The position numbers and the translations under genes are program-made. DNA of 56,730 nucleotides, the filler included, from Sphacelaria rigidula (lineage: Eukaryota): assembly GCA_964200075.2 (NCBI GenBank). It is 7 parts of 7 records of this genome, joined end to end, with 100 filler letters (N's around TTAATTAATTAA, not from the genome) between each part and the next. Parts side by side here need not be neighbours in the genome. Positions count along the whole stretch, not along the records: positions 1 to 8,019 come from CAXNAA020012611.1; positions 8,120 to 16,138 come from CAXNAA020012612.1; 5 more parts are not named here. One strand, written 5' to 3'. The notes under the pieces are model-generated. The model made no database searches. It had not been told where the DNA came from and worked only from the letters and a program-made list of their open reading frames with translations. This document shows, piece after piece, positions 1 through 11,795 of the stretch (position 1 is its first letter; each line of letters begins with the position of its first letter).

Positions 1-17
1 CGAGTCAACTTAGTATA

Positions 18-3000
18 CTAAAACCAAGTAATTTCCTGACGAATCATTATTTGTCCTAACCGTGGAACGTTGGGTTCAACGTCGCGGGCCCAGAGGGGGG
101 GGTCGTGGTTGTTCATGGAGGTGCTCACGTTGAACACCTCCGGCCAAATTTCGTTGGCGAAGGGCCAGCTTGGAAATCGACTAGCGAATGCATCTGGTAC
201 CTGAACCTGGGCGGTCATCATGACTTCTCCTGCAGAAGTCATGGAGTCGGGTATCCACGCTGGTTGACTCGATTTGGTGCTGGGTTGCATTCGTAACGCA
301 GGGGCATCTGGAGTGGGGAGAGGTTCCTGACTAATTACCTACGTACCGTGTTGGCTAAGCGCCGAAGGGCCGTCCTGTCTTACTCATATCGACTCGACAG
401 CCTGTGTTCGATTCCTGCGCAACCCATCGAGTCGGCTCCACAATTCGTCGAGATTCACAAATGGTACTGCTGCAGTAGCTGCATCACCCACAAAAACACT
501 CGGCATTAGACTGGGGCACTGTCGCCCCATACTGGAACGAAAGAAAGACATTACCATCTCGTTGGTCGGTGCTAGTTCACGCCCGCCATCCACGGTGACC
601 GAAATTAGAGTGCAAAAATCCTTCAAGTATTGAAGGTGAGTTATCTCTTAATAGATTCCCCTTCGTAGCTGGTGTCAGGCGACGAGCTAGGCAACCGTAA
701 CAAAAGTGTGAATGCCTCGTTCCCACTGGCGCCTTTGTTGAGGGCCCGCGACACTTGGTCGAAATGAGCGTCGCACATTGCAGTGATTTTGGAGGATCGC
801 AACGAGTTGAGGTCAATCACCTGCTCTAGTGCCCGATGCAACGGGCGGCTCCACCCACGGATCCACTCGCTGCTTTCGAGAGTGACGAAGTTTGGGTCGC
901 AAATGGCGAAAATATCGCTCAATACATGTTGAGCTATGACCTCAACTGACTGCAGTTGAGACTTGCGTTGGATCCTGCAATGAAAGGTAACCAACAGGGG
1001 ATTGTCGCATACTGGCTAGCCTCCTCAAACCTCATTTCATTGATCAACCTCATTTCATAGAATCCCCTGTTGACCGGAGTTTGACCTTACCTACACTCTT
1101 GATGTTAAGTGCCAAATAAGCTCGTCGGATGCTGGGGGCGTCGCTCCGGGATGTGTGGGGTGGTGCGGATTGAGTCTGTGCATGTGTCTCCGTGTGGGAT
1201 AGGTCACTCTCTTTCTTGACTTCCACCAAAACCTGTTTTTTCCCGGTTTTGACTGGCTCACCTTCTTCTTTCTCTTTCAAGAGGGAGGGACGTTGCTTGG
1301 CAATAGTGGAAGACAGAGGTAGAAAAGTCGGAGAGTGTGTGTGCAGAAGGTCGGTCAGAGCAGATCTGGTCATCGTTGCGGGATGAATCGTGGCTGTCCG
1401 TGTCACTGTCGTCGGTACTCGGCGCATGGGATTTGGAGCGCGCGGATTGTTTTCGCGTCCGAGTATGTTTGGTTTGAACGCCACAACCCCTAACTGTATC
1501 TGTCCCTTTACCCGCAGTCTGTCATTCTGCGCCAACGCGCAGAGGGTGTTTTGCAACTCGTCGCCCATCATCCCTAAAATTCTCATCCCATGTGCCGCTC
1601 GCGTGGTCCAAGTTGTTCTGGGGTGGGTGAGAAAATACCGTTCTGCGAATTTCCTCGACCTTGCGGAACATGGTTATGAGGGGCTCGACATAGTCATTTT
1701 GGATTTGTGTGGTGGTGTGGTCAGGGTGGGGTTGAAATTGCACACATCTGACTACCCCCTTCAAGTGTGACAGTCTCGCGATTGTTGGGGAACCAAGCAA
1801 GCAGGCTATTGGCCTTCCCACAGATTGGGTCTGCGAGGTGATGCGCCTGGCATGTGTAACGTACCAAGTTAGCTGGTTCGTTGACAAAAGACGCGAGAGG
1901 GGTGGTCGATATGGTTACGATATCGGACAAATCTAGTGTAGACAGACCTGGGTCCTGCAACGGTAGTGGTGCAGGGAATTATCCTCCATGAGTCGCGCCC
2001 GTTGCCGCCATCGCGTACGATGGCTTAGCGTGTGGGGCGATGTTGGTGCGTGGGGGAGGGGGGTGGAGGGGGGGGGAGGTTGTTGACGGGCGCCTGCAGG
2101 CTGATATGTGGATACAGGGAGGTCATGGTTTGGGACCGCGGTAAAAACCTGCTGTGGGGGGCGGGGAAGTCCCGTGTTGAGAGGGGGGTCTGTACAGGAT
2201 TCAGTATTAAAGACTGGGTTGGTGATATGAGTGACCTTGGATGAAGGTTTCGTTTCATCTATGGTTGAGGAGGGGTCGACATGCAGTAGACGAAGGCGTC
2301 TTAGTTGTTCGTCCAAACTGGACTGTGATACCGAGAGGCGGGCTGTTGCTTGCTCCGATTGCAAACTGTGAGTACGCTGGACTTGTTCCAACTGTAACTG
2401 TGCAGTTCGAATAGCTTTTGCCGATTGGCGCAACACTCTATCTTGTTCGCTCTGTTGCAGGGCAAGAGCCTGTCGTTGGTTTTCAACATCACGTTGGGTA
2501 CATATCAGGAGTTGCCTACGCTCAAACTCCTGGAGCCTATCGCGCTCTACTTTGACTATATCGGCCTAGAGAAACAGAGAATCCCAATACTCTGCCTGCT
2601 CAGAAGGCGTCCGCTGTTCCCACAAATGAGGTGGAATGGCTTCGGGCCGAGAGTGTCGAAACTGATTCTTTGTTTTGTCCCTCACTTTCTTGGGTGGGCG
2701 CGTAGTGGCGGTGCTTGTGTTTCCGACATTATCGGCTGTCGTACTTACTTATTTGTTGCTTGCTTTAGTCGTTTGACCATTGACCACGCATCCCTTTCGA
2801 GACGGATTATCGGCTGTCGTAGGTGGAGCAATGTCCGGTTCAGGGTTTAGACCTACAGGAGGGAGCGTTGAGTAAGGCACCGACAAGTGGTCAACGTCTA
2901 GAGTGGTTGACAGATGGGGTGTGGCACTGTTGTCAGTGGTCACATCCGCGGAAGCCAGAGGAGGGGCAATTTCCATACCTACGTCAGTTGCCTCGATGGA

Positions 3001-3153
3001 AGTACGACCGTCTACGAATTCATCTACTCCTATTTCCTGATCGTTGACGTCCACGCTACCAGACCTGATGTTTTGGTTCTTCCCCGGGGTGTCACCGTCC
3101 GTGAATGAATCTTGGGCAGGTGAACCCGGCGTGCGTTCGACATCGGTCATGGT
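18..3153 (-). mobile_element. Degenerate gag-like ORF of a probable LTR retrotransposon (interrupted by stops, frameshifts and a 62-bp insertion)
   Basis: A chain of minus-strand ORF pieces (2749-3210, 1933-2436, 1522-1887, 641-994, 384-626, 18-290). The 3153 and 2436 pieces are in one frame once the 2744-2805 insertion and one TAG are discounted. Acidic/Pro-rich and coiled-coil character, no introns, downstream of a TG...CA-bounded segment. No pol domain within the contig. Confidence 0.45.
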
Positions 3154-3890
3154 ATTTGTGCCTGGAGAGGTACGTGGTATAGGCAACGTGGAAATCAAAA
3201 GGTTGATCAAGGATCGGGGCGTTGAACATAAATGCGGGAATATTGGACCGAAGTTGATAGCTAGGTTGTGGGTTTATCGGTATCGGAGGGACATAAAAGC
3301 TCCGCCACGGGTGTGAGCTCCCTGCTGCGGTGTTGGTACAATCGGGCGTGTGTAGAGACAAACGTTTTTTGTACTGACAAATTTGCTCCACTGATGAAAC
3401 ATTAATGAAAGTATCGGACAGTTGGCTGGAATGTTTCGTGTTGGGAAAAAAGAAATGGTTGTCTGTACAGCGGGTTGAATTTGAAACAGCCCGCGCACGC
3501 TCTGTCCACCAACAGAGGCCGGTAGTGGGACACACATCGGTCGACTCGGTGCTTGCCGAGCCGAAAAGGAATGCGGAGGGGTGCTGAAACGAAGGGGAGA
3601 ATAAAGTGTTGTGTCTAGAACAAGCGGGCTGGAACAAAAAAACTCGAGCGGCACAGATACCAGGGGCACTTGTGCGGAGGAAGGGGGGGACGGGTGTACA
3701 GATTGTATGTGGTTGGCGACATCGTTATTTTTTCGAACCGTGTGCAACGGTACGAAAGAGGGTCAATCTGCTCCGGGGTATTGACGTGCCCCGTTAATTT
3801 GTCCTGTGGATGGGGAAGGGGTTTGTTGTGTAGCGAGGGAGAGCTCGCGGACGCGGGCGCACCTCAAGCACCTGAGCGTGCGCTCATCAA

Positions 3891-4400
3891 TGTCTGAGAC
3901 GGAACTGGGTATATTGTGAGACATGTGTGGTCTGTGGTCAGACCAGAAAAAACTGGAAGTGAAACGTGGACAGCTGTCTTGAAAAAATAACACACGCACA
4001 AGGTCTGTTCCGTCAATATTCAAGTCAAGCGGTAAGTACGAAAATATGCACACTGGTGCTCACAGCGATCGAACGAGAGATCAAACCGTACAGCTTGAAT
4101 GAAACAAGCTACCGCTGAAGTCCCATGAATGTCGTGGTAAACATTTAGCAAAGCAAGTCCCACCCCACAAGGAGGAGAACGTGACAAGCCAGTCCTGTGT
4201 TCAACTTGAACTATCAAACTGAGGGTTCTTTCTCAACGTACAAGCCAGCTGTTTCGATGAGTAAGCCCCGAGTTCTCTCAGAAAAGGGAAAACCGAAAGA
4301 CACAAAGGGATTATGATACACGTGACTCACTTCTTGAGAAACGGCTTGCAGGCCAGAAGGTGAGACGTCGCGTAGCGCAGATGAAAGCTATACCATCACA
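3891..4400 (-). mobile_element. Candidate 5' LTR (510 bp, TGT...ACA)
   Basis: Begins TGTCTGAG at 3891 and ends CCATCACA at 4400, where an unrelated repeat (homologous to ~38680-39100) starts abruptly. Lies upstream of the gag-like ORF. No second LTR copy in the contig. Confidence 0.3.
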
Positions 4401-5037
4401 GTTTTTAGTGGAGTTTTGAGGAGAAATGAACATTGCTCCTAGGCCTTATCTCCATGTTTTAGCTCATATTTTAGAATTGTGATTTGGAACTTGGCATGGA
4501 GAACCAAAAAAGGAGACCAAAACATTAAAAAAAATGGGCCCTCACATATCTTTTTCCATGGAGGTTAGCGCGTTCTCGTGAAGAAATGGTTTTGACCATA
4601 CTAGAACGCCCTGAACCAGTGACAAAAATGATTGAAGAAACCTGACCCACTGAGTTTTGTTAAATATGCCTTACAGAGCGCCCACACAAAATTTCAATAC
4701 ACAAAAACCAAACGTGGGCCGGTGAGTGGCCTGCGAAATACTGTTCCGAATTTCTACCGACCCGGTTTTCAAAAGGCCCATGCTCCGCCCAATATCTAGA
4801 GTAGGAGCGTGAAATTTGGTATGGACAATGCATAGGGCATGGAAAAAATATGACGTCGGTACCATCTTTTGTTTTCATGAGTTAAGGGCAATAACCAGCC
4901 TTCAGGTATCAGAAAAATGCCCTGAACTCATGAAATAAAAAAAATGGTGGTACGGACGTAATTTTTTCTTCATGACCTCTGCATTGTTCATACCAAATTT
5001 TACGCTCCAACTCTTAATATTGGGCGGAGCATGGGCC
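4401..5037. repeat. Interspersed repeat (probable DNA-transposon end) with a ~115-bp inverted repeat
   Basis: 4430-4860 resembles 38680-39100 (ccttatctc...agctca...ttttagaattgtgatt). Arms 4775-4890 and 4918-5037 are reverse complements around a 27-nt spacer. Confidence 0.6.
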
Positions 5038-8019
5038 TGCAAACTTCAAATCCGCGTCTCCGCTGGCCCAGCTCGTATGATTATAGGTGTAGTCGTGAAG
5101 GCGGGCGTCCATACTTTGTACTCTGGACATGTTTAGTAAAAAATGTCGTGTCACACGGCCTGTCAAACCGCAGTTTCGGCTGCAGTAGTAGTACTTGATA
5201 CGGTCTGGTCCGCATGTGGGCATGTGGGGCTGGTAGCGAAGGGTGTTTGGCAGCTTGGCAAAACAATCCGTGTGACCCTCACGTCGGGGAAGTACCGCAT
5301 TGTAAGTTTATCAATACGGACCCTTTCTATGATGTTTTCTCCGAATACCATAGCGATAGCTGACTTCAAAACAGAGTAGCACTTCATTACCCGTCTGTGG
5401 CGGAGAGGGGTTTCTCCGTCTGTGACCACGGGTTCGCGAGATCGGACTAATGTGCGGAAATAATAATAATAATAATAACCATCTGTTTGACTTTCTTTCA
5501 AGCTTTAGTATACTTTTCGTAGTCTTACTCGATATGCATCTGACGTGGATCTCTCTCCTCACCTATATAGCCCGTTTTGCTTCCTCATCCCATATATTTT
5601 ACTGCTCTAGTTCAATACAGTTAGAGCGGGCTGTCAAAGACGTCCGTTCAATTTTTTCCTTGACGGACAGCTTTAATCGTTTTCGTGAGATTGAGAGTCG
5701 GGGATACGATTGACCGTGGAAAGCACTCAAGTGGTTAATGAATAGTTTCAGTTCCGAAATGCCCCTCCATGAGACCCGATATGCTTCCTGTAGTAGCTTG
5801 CCACTGAGGCTCTTGATATCTCTGAGTAGGATATCGACGTGTAGCTGTAAGGACACGCCAGTGATCGAGGTGAAGAGAAGGACACACGGAATAAAAAATT
5901 GGCTGAGTGAGAGCGAATGATCAAAGTCACTCTCAATCAGCGCTCTACTCTCAATCTCACGAAAACGTTGTTCTTCGTGATTGTAGTACATTGCGGGACA
6001 ACCCAGAATTAAACAACAGCCGCCCTTCCGTCTTACATAGGTGCAGAGTCGTGTTGCACTCGCCATACTGTATCCGGATGGTGTTCGTGTCATGAAGCTA
6101 GAAGGCGTTTATGATCAAACCTGGGATTCTATTGTTGTGGGTCTGATTAACCTTGACTAGGCCGGATGTGAGACTGAAAAAAAGGTACAGGCATGGGTCC
6201 TTGAGCCCTCGCCGCGGTACTCGCTGGGTGGAGCTTACTGCTGAGCAATTTATATAGCCAGAGAGCAGCTGAGAGAACATTGAAAGGAGTGATGACGAAT
6301 ACGAGTGAACAAGAGTCGTTGTATCAAGTGGGTATAGCTTACTGCGTGAAGCTATTATTGTGGTGTTGGCTGATTTGGACACGTCTGTAACCCGATCCTT
6401 CGTGAGGACAGGACTGCCAATGTTGGCCTTGGAAGTATCTGACCTCTGACCCGACCGGCTTGCACCAAGCGGGTGCATCCCGCCTGACACTATAACATTT
6501 GGCGTTCGACTTGGGATATCTGCTTGCTAGCTCGTTTCCCCTTTCCACAGTAGAGCAGTTGTTTGCTTATCTACTGTCTGCACTACCCTCTAGTTGCTGT
6601 TCCCCCTCTTGCTGTAGTTTTGTCTGCATTTTATTTCGTGAGTCAATTACTTTTCATTTGGTTTATTGATTTTCACAGTAGCCCACGGTACCGTACACGT
6701 GCACCCAGAGTTGCTCCAAAGGAGCGTTCTCTGCTGTTCGTTCCGTGCAGCGATTTTCTGCAGCACGCTCTCGCTTGAATCGCTTTTTGCACGCGCTTCT
6801 CGATGCGCTACTTCTACTGCGTTCGCACTGTCTCCTCGGGGACCATTTCTTTGGCCGCGCAATTTTACTGTATTGGCCACTCGACTGTGAGCCTGTACTG
6901 TGTTGCTTTTTCTTGGTACCAGGAACCTGTCTGCCTCATTCTGTTCAACAGATATCCATAGTTTTCGGCATATATATATCCCCGAATTTGCTCCACTTTT
7001 CCGATCCCATCTGCCCACCCGGTTTTCCTTTTCTTTTTAGGGCGGCGCACAGCTGCACTTACTAGCTGACGAATTGTTGTTGTTTCTTGCTGCTGTTTCA
7101 GTAGCGTGCGGCGTTGAACCTCGGCGATCGTGGTCAATCACGTACAGTTTTGAGTCTGGCAGTTCAACTTTGCCTACTGCCTTCGCCGCCTTTTGCGGGT
7201 TGTTCCGCTGGACCATTTGTAATTGTCCCGCACCCGCCTCGGCTGCACTATTACAGGCTGCCTTTCCGATTTTTATACCACTTTCTGGGATTCAGGTTGC
7301 GTTTCAATCAGATATTCAGTGATTGCCTTTTATTGGTTCTCTGCCCCTGTATTGTGGCTAGTACATACCCTATCGCACATTCGTGATTCAAATATGTAAA
7401 TAAATAACTTTAAAATAGGATATAAATAAAATAAACAAAAATAAAATCACTTATTGGCTTTCGCTTCTTGCTCTAGGTTCTCTGAACGTATCGCCCTGTA
7501 GTAGCTGTATACGCTTCACACATGTCGCAACGTATCACCACCGCTTCTTCCCCCCAAACGGGAGCTACACCGCCTTGCCGTACGCGGAGCCAAACTAAGG
7601 GATCTTCTAGTTCTTCCGGACCCGATGCTGCTCCTTCTTCAGCCTTACGGAAACCAGCCTCGAGCGCTGGTCGATCCATCGGTTGTGAGGACCAACCCGT
7701 GCAGTTCTCATTGCCCCCTCCCAACTCCGATTCCGATCCTAGCTCAGATTCTCGTATCTTTCCGACCCTCCCTCATCATCCCACACGTGACCACTCCTCG
7801 CAGACACGCTCTGTGCCCCAACCCTCCACGACGCCGGTGGCACCCGTCGCAGCACACACCTCATCGGAAGCAGCCGTCGACACTGGACCCACGACTGCTG
7901 CCGAGATAGCCCCCCCCCCGAACCGCCAAAAACGTGCACGGAGGCAATGATCATAATTGCCTTTAGAGCTGGTTTCAGGATGCACGACGGGACTCATCCG
8001 GGCGTTATAGCTGATTTCG

Positions 8020-8119
8020 NNNNNNNNNNNNNNNNNNNNNNNNNNNNNNNNNNNNNNNNNNNNTTAATTAATTAANNNNNNNNNNNNNNNNNNNNNNNNN
8101 NNNNNNNNNNNNNNNNNNN
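8020..8119. other. Artificial contig-joining spacer (N44-TTAATTAATTAA-N44); identical spacers at 16139-16238, 24258-24357, 32377-32476, 40495-40594, 48613-48712
   Basis: Six identical 100-nt spacers with a six-frame stop linker separate contigs of 8019, 8019, 8019, 8019, 8018, 8018 and 8018 bp. Confidence 0.97.
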
Positions 8120-10687
8120 TCTCGGTGTGGGCTGTGTTAGGTGAGGGGGGTGGGGGGGGGGGGGTGGGGGGGGGGGGGGGGGGGGGGGGGGGGGAGGGGA
8201 GGAGGAAGAAAAAGAGGATGAAGATGGGGAGGAGGAGGACGGGAGAAATGTATGACCGATGACAGGTGGGGGAATATACATGACACCGTCAAAGGTACCC
8301 ACAGAAAGATGATGCGCGCTTTATAAAACATGCAGAGAATCGAACGACAAGGTTAGGTGTGACAAACGAACACACCTCCCTCTCTTCCATAGCAGTAAAT
8401 TCTTTCCTGATCTTGCTCCTCGCCGCCAGCTCGGAGCGCCACGCGTCCCCGCGAGCTTTGTGTCGGGTACGGGCGGCGCCTCTCCCTCTCCGACGCGCCA
8501 TTTCTTTGATAAATCTTGTGGGGTCCCGTCGCCCCTCCACCACCCGCCGCCTCGAATGATGAATGGCCACGCCAACGTACGCTTCGTCTAGGCTGTTTTT
8601 CGTACAAGCAGCAAACAATGGGACGAGCTGGTTGGTTTCTGTTGTCTGATTCTATTCCATTTTGATCTCCCCATGCTAGCACCTGTACCATCTTCAAGGC
8701 GCGGTGATATTAGCTTCGCGGATGATGGAAATCAATCACTGGAATGACACGACACGACACGAGGCTGCATGTGTGTGCATGTGTAAATGTGTGTATCTGG
8801 AGATGAGAATGAAATCGGGTGAGAAGTGAGGATGGGTGCCGCGCTGGTGTGCTGCGCCCCTGCTCGGAGAATGACGATTTTCCGGTCATGAAATAGACGA
8901 TGACCCAATGGCCCGAGGTGACCAAACACCTGTTTCATGATCATATTCTCGAAAACGTGGAGGGGTAATGATATTCTGCTACATGCGTGTAGGTGTGTTG
9001 AAGGCAAGGATCTGCTAGGACCGTATTCGTAGTTATGGTTCAGCAGCAGAGGGGGGTACGGTACGTGGCCGCTTTTCCATCGACTTGTTTGTAGACTGCA
9101 CATCGCATACATTTTGTTTCCTCCCTGTAGTACACAGTAGCACTTTTGCTACTTCTACTCCGTTCCTTCACTGTCCTTTTTGTTTCTGCTTGGTTTTGCT
9201 CTTGTTGCTCTCTTCTCTCCTCCTCTTTTTCATTTTGGTTTCTAAGTCAACTCAGTTTGTTTGCTTCACCTTTCTGTTTCCCCCCACTTCTCCTTTCCTC
9301 CAGCGAGCGTTTCCAGCTCGTTTGCCTTGGGTACGTTCATCTTGTAGAGAATGACTACGGCATCAATACGTCACATCACACATCACTTGGGGAGTTGATG
9401 TACGACAATCGGTCAAAAAACAAAAATCCCACCACACTGTCCCTTCGTTTTTCTGCACAGACCAAAGGCAAGGGTACAACTACTGTGCGAGGAAACGCAT
9501 GTGTACATACATGTAACATTGGTTGACCGGTAGGCAGCCGCATCTAAAGCCCGTGAGCCAAGCTCACGCGAAAAACTGTACGTAAAACGTTTGGAAAAGT
9601 CGTTCAGGTACTTCCGCGGTTTGCCAAAGTTACTGCAATAAGACATGAGGAACCGTCTCGAGGATGATCACCTTTCTTAGCCAGCCTCCTCACTGTAGGC
9701 TGGTTCAGGGTGAACGGCCGAAATTTACTTCCCAACGATCCTTCACGCCGTTTTTTCGAGTTAGACCCAGCAATTTCGTACACGGGTGTTCTGAGATATT
9801 TTGAAAGGATGCATGAATGGGATCTTATGATTCTCTCTTTTTTTCGTCACATATCCGGGGTCCCAGGAGGCGGTGTCTACCTTGGGACGGGGCAATGTAC
9901 AATAGTGGGCGGTCTGACTAGTCATTTTTTTGCCATTTTGTGATTTTTTCGTAATTGGCGATTTTCTTGGGCTCTTTTCGCTTGCCACCGCTCATCACAT
10001 CAGGGATCTGAAGATATTTGTATCCGCTCCGCATTCCAAGAATAAAAAATTATATGTACCCAATATTGAGTAACTTACGGGCTGACCGGTGATCGGGGGT
10101 CCTGTCATGTTTCAGCCCAGATCCTTACTTTTCTGTATTTTCGGTCGATCGAGCCCGTCCTGATCATATTTGTGAAGAAATGCACAGTTTCATTTTTTTT
10201 TTTAATTCTGCCTACTCATTGCACTAGGGCCGAAAAACTGTGTTTCACGGTCAGTAACACCCTCCTGATGAAAGGGGTATTTACTCGTTTCGCCCGATAA
10301 CACCAAAATACAGGGGCACTGTGTTTCTTTCGAGGATGATCTGTTGTGTTGTACCAAAATCTATCGACGCTGGCAATTTCGACTTCTATCAAAGAGTAGT
10401 GCGCCAGGAAAAACCCCAGACATCCCTCAACCCTTTTGGGACCGGGCCTCCAGAACGACCAAGTAGGCTGGTCAGGAATGACGTGTCTGGCGTCTGCACA
10501 AAACAGTGGCGTGTTGATAAAAATCCGCATATGTAACCGCAGGGTTATGACGAAGACCGAAAGTTTCATCCGAACAATTTTCAGGTATTTTTGCAAGTGG
10601 ACATTATTCACCCAACGTAATCTGACGCAACGTGCGTAGAGTATCGAGCACCAACGTACCCTATGGACATCGTGAACGATATTCCCT

Positions 10688-11600
10688 GGCACAGGACCCA
10701 TACATGGGGATAATTTTGTAGTAAATTAACTTATTTGCGCGAAGGGCGATTATGTCCGAGTGGTCAAGATCGGCACAATGCAAACACTGAGGGCCCGTTA
10801 AAAATCAGTCGAAGGACTAAAACACGGGACATGTCTTGTCGCACTGTACTGCAGCACTAACACACTCCATTCCGCTCTCATGTGCTGTAGCTATCACTGT
10901 TGTGGGGTGTGTTTAAACCTTGCGAAGACGGTTTGGTCTCCGCTGAGATCGCTTGATGTGCTGTAGTGTTGTGTTCGTCTCTCTGTAACACATAGTATCA
11001 GTCAGGACGCAGGGCTGTCTACACACTTGACTGTCTGTTGAAGATTTCATGCTACCCGGACCCATCACTTGCGCGATACCGAACACGGCTGGGTAAAGGC
11101 ACACAACCAGCACCAGTATACACCGCTCGACCGGCTGGACCAGACCCCATGCTCCAATAAAAGGGGCAACCACAGTGCGGATATACTGCACCGCCAGGGT
11201 ACTGCTTGCACCCGTCAGCATGACGGCTGCTGCCGTTGGCATCGGCGCGCGAGCGCTCGCGGCCACGGCAAATAACAACCAGCCACACTAAGATGGGGAT
11301 ATACTGATACACTAGAATCGCAATGATCCGCTGCGGCGGCAATGTACCACTCGCTATCTGCTTGTCTGCTTGTTGCTCCGTTTCTCTGCTGCTGTTCTAT
11401 CCATCTCGGCGTACACCAACTACAGTAGGTGTGACTCGAGCCTGCGAGCCAATCACAAGCAGTTTTCACTACATAATTCACGACGAACGTCGCATTTCAT
11501 TGGCGCTCGATTCCGCCGATTCCTCACTGAAGGGCCTCTCATTGGTGGAATTTCACACGTCACTACAGAAGTTTTATCCCCATGTATGGGTGTTCTGCCC
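10688..11600. mobile_element. Putative non-autonomous TIR element (~910 bp)
   Basis: A perfect 18-bp inverted repeat ACCCATACATGGGGATAA (10696-10713 / 11574-11591) inside ~38-bp imperfect arms. No TSD resolved. Confidence 0.45.
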
Positions 11601-11795
11601 ACTCCCTAGAATATGTCGTTACCGTCAGTACAAAGTACAAGCTTCGAAGAGTGCTGGTCGATTCATCGCTCGATGGACAACTCTTCAAACAAACACATCA
11701 AACACAAACATACAGAATCGTATTTTTTTCAACTAAAAATCATCTACGCAACGTGCGCCACGCTATGTGAAATTCCACAGAGTAACGTTAAGTAC

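Noticed and set aside
5761..5930. In-frame TAG/TAA codons shared with the 39570-39750 copy, suggesting a TAR=Gln code
   Set aside because: The opposite-strand frame (SFSSP...YSYT.ISYS.ISRAS) is open in both copies and explains the same substitutions as synonymous. Host genes here use the standard code.
7522..7950. 142-aa Ser/Pro-rich ORF as a host gene
   Set aside because: No recognisable domain, at a contig edge; could be the start of a retroelement ORF but cannot be assigned.
8064..8075. Recurrent TTAATTAATTAA palindrome every ~8.1 kb as a biological periodic element
   Set aside because: Always embedded in N runs of fixed length; it is an assembly linker with stops in all six frames.
8120..10680. 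Short six-frame ORFs in contig 2 as genes or a transposase
   Set aside because: No diagnostic motifs or consistent splice chain could be established by eye.
10745..10830. tRNA-Leu/Ser-like start (ATGTCCGAGTGGTCAAG)
   Set aside because: No B-box/T-arm or acceptor-stem pairing downstream; not a tRNA gene.
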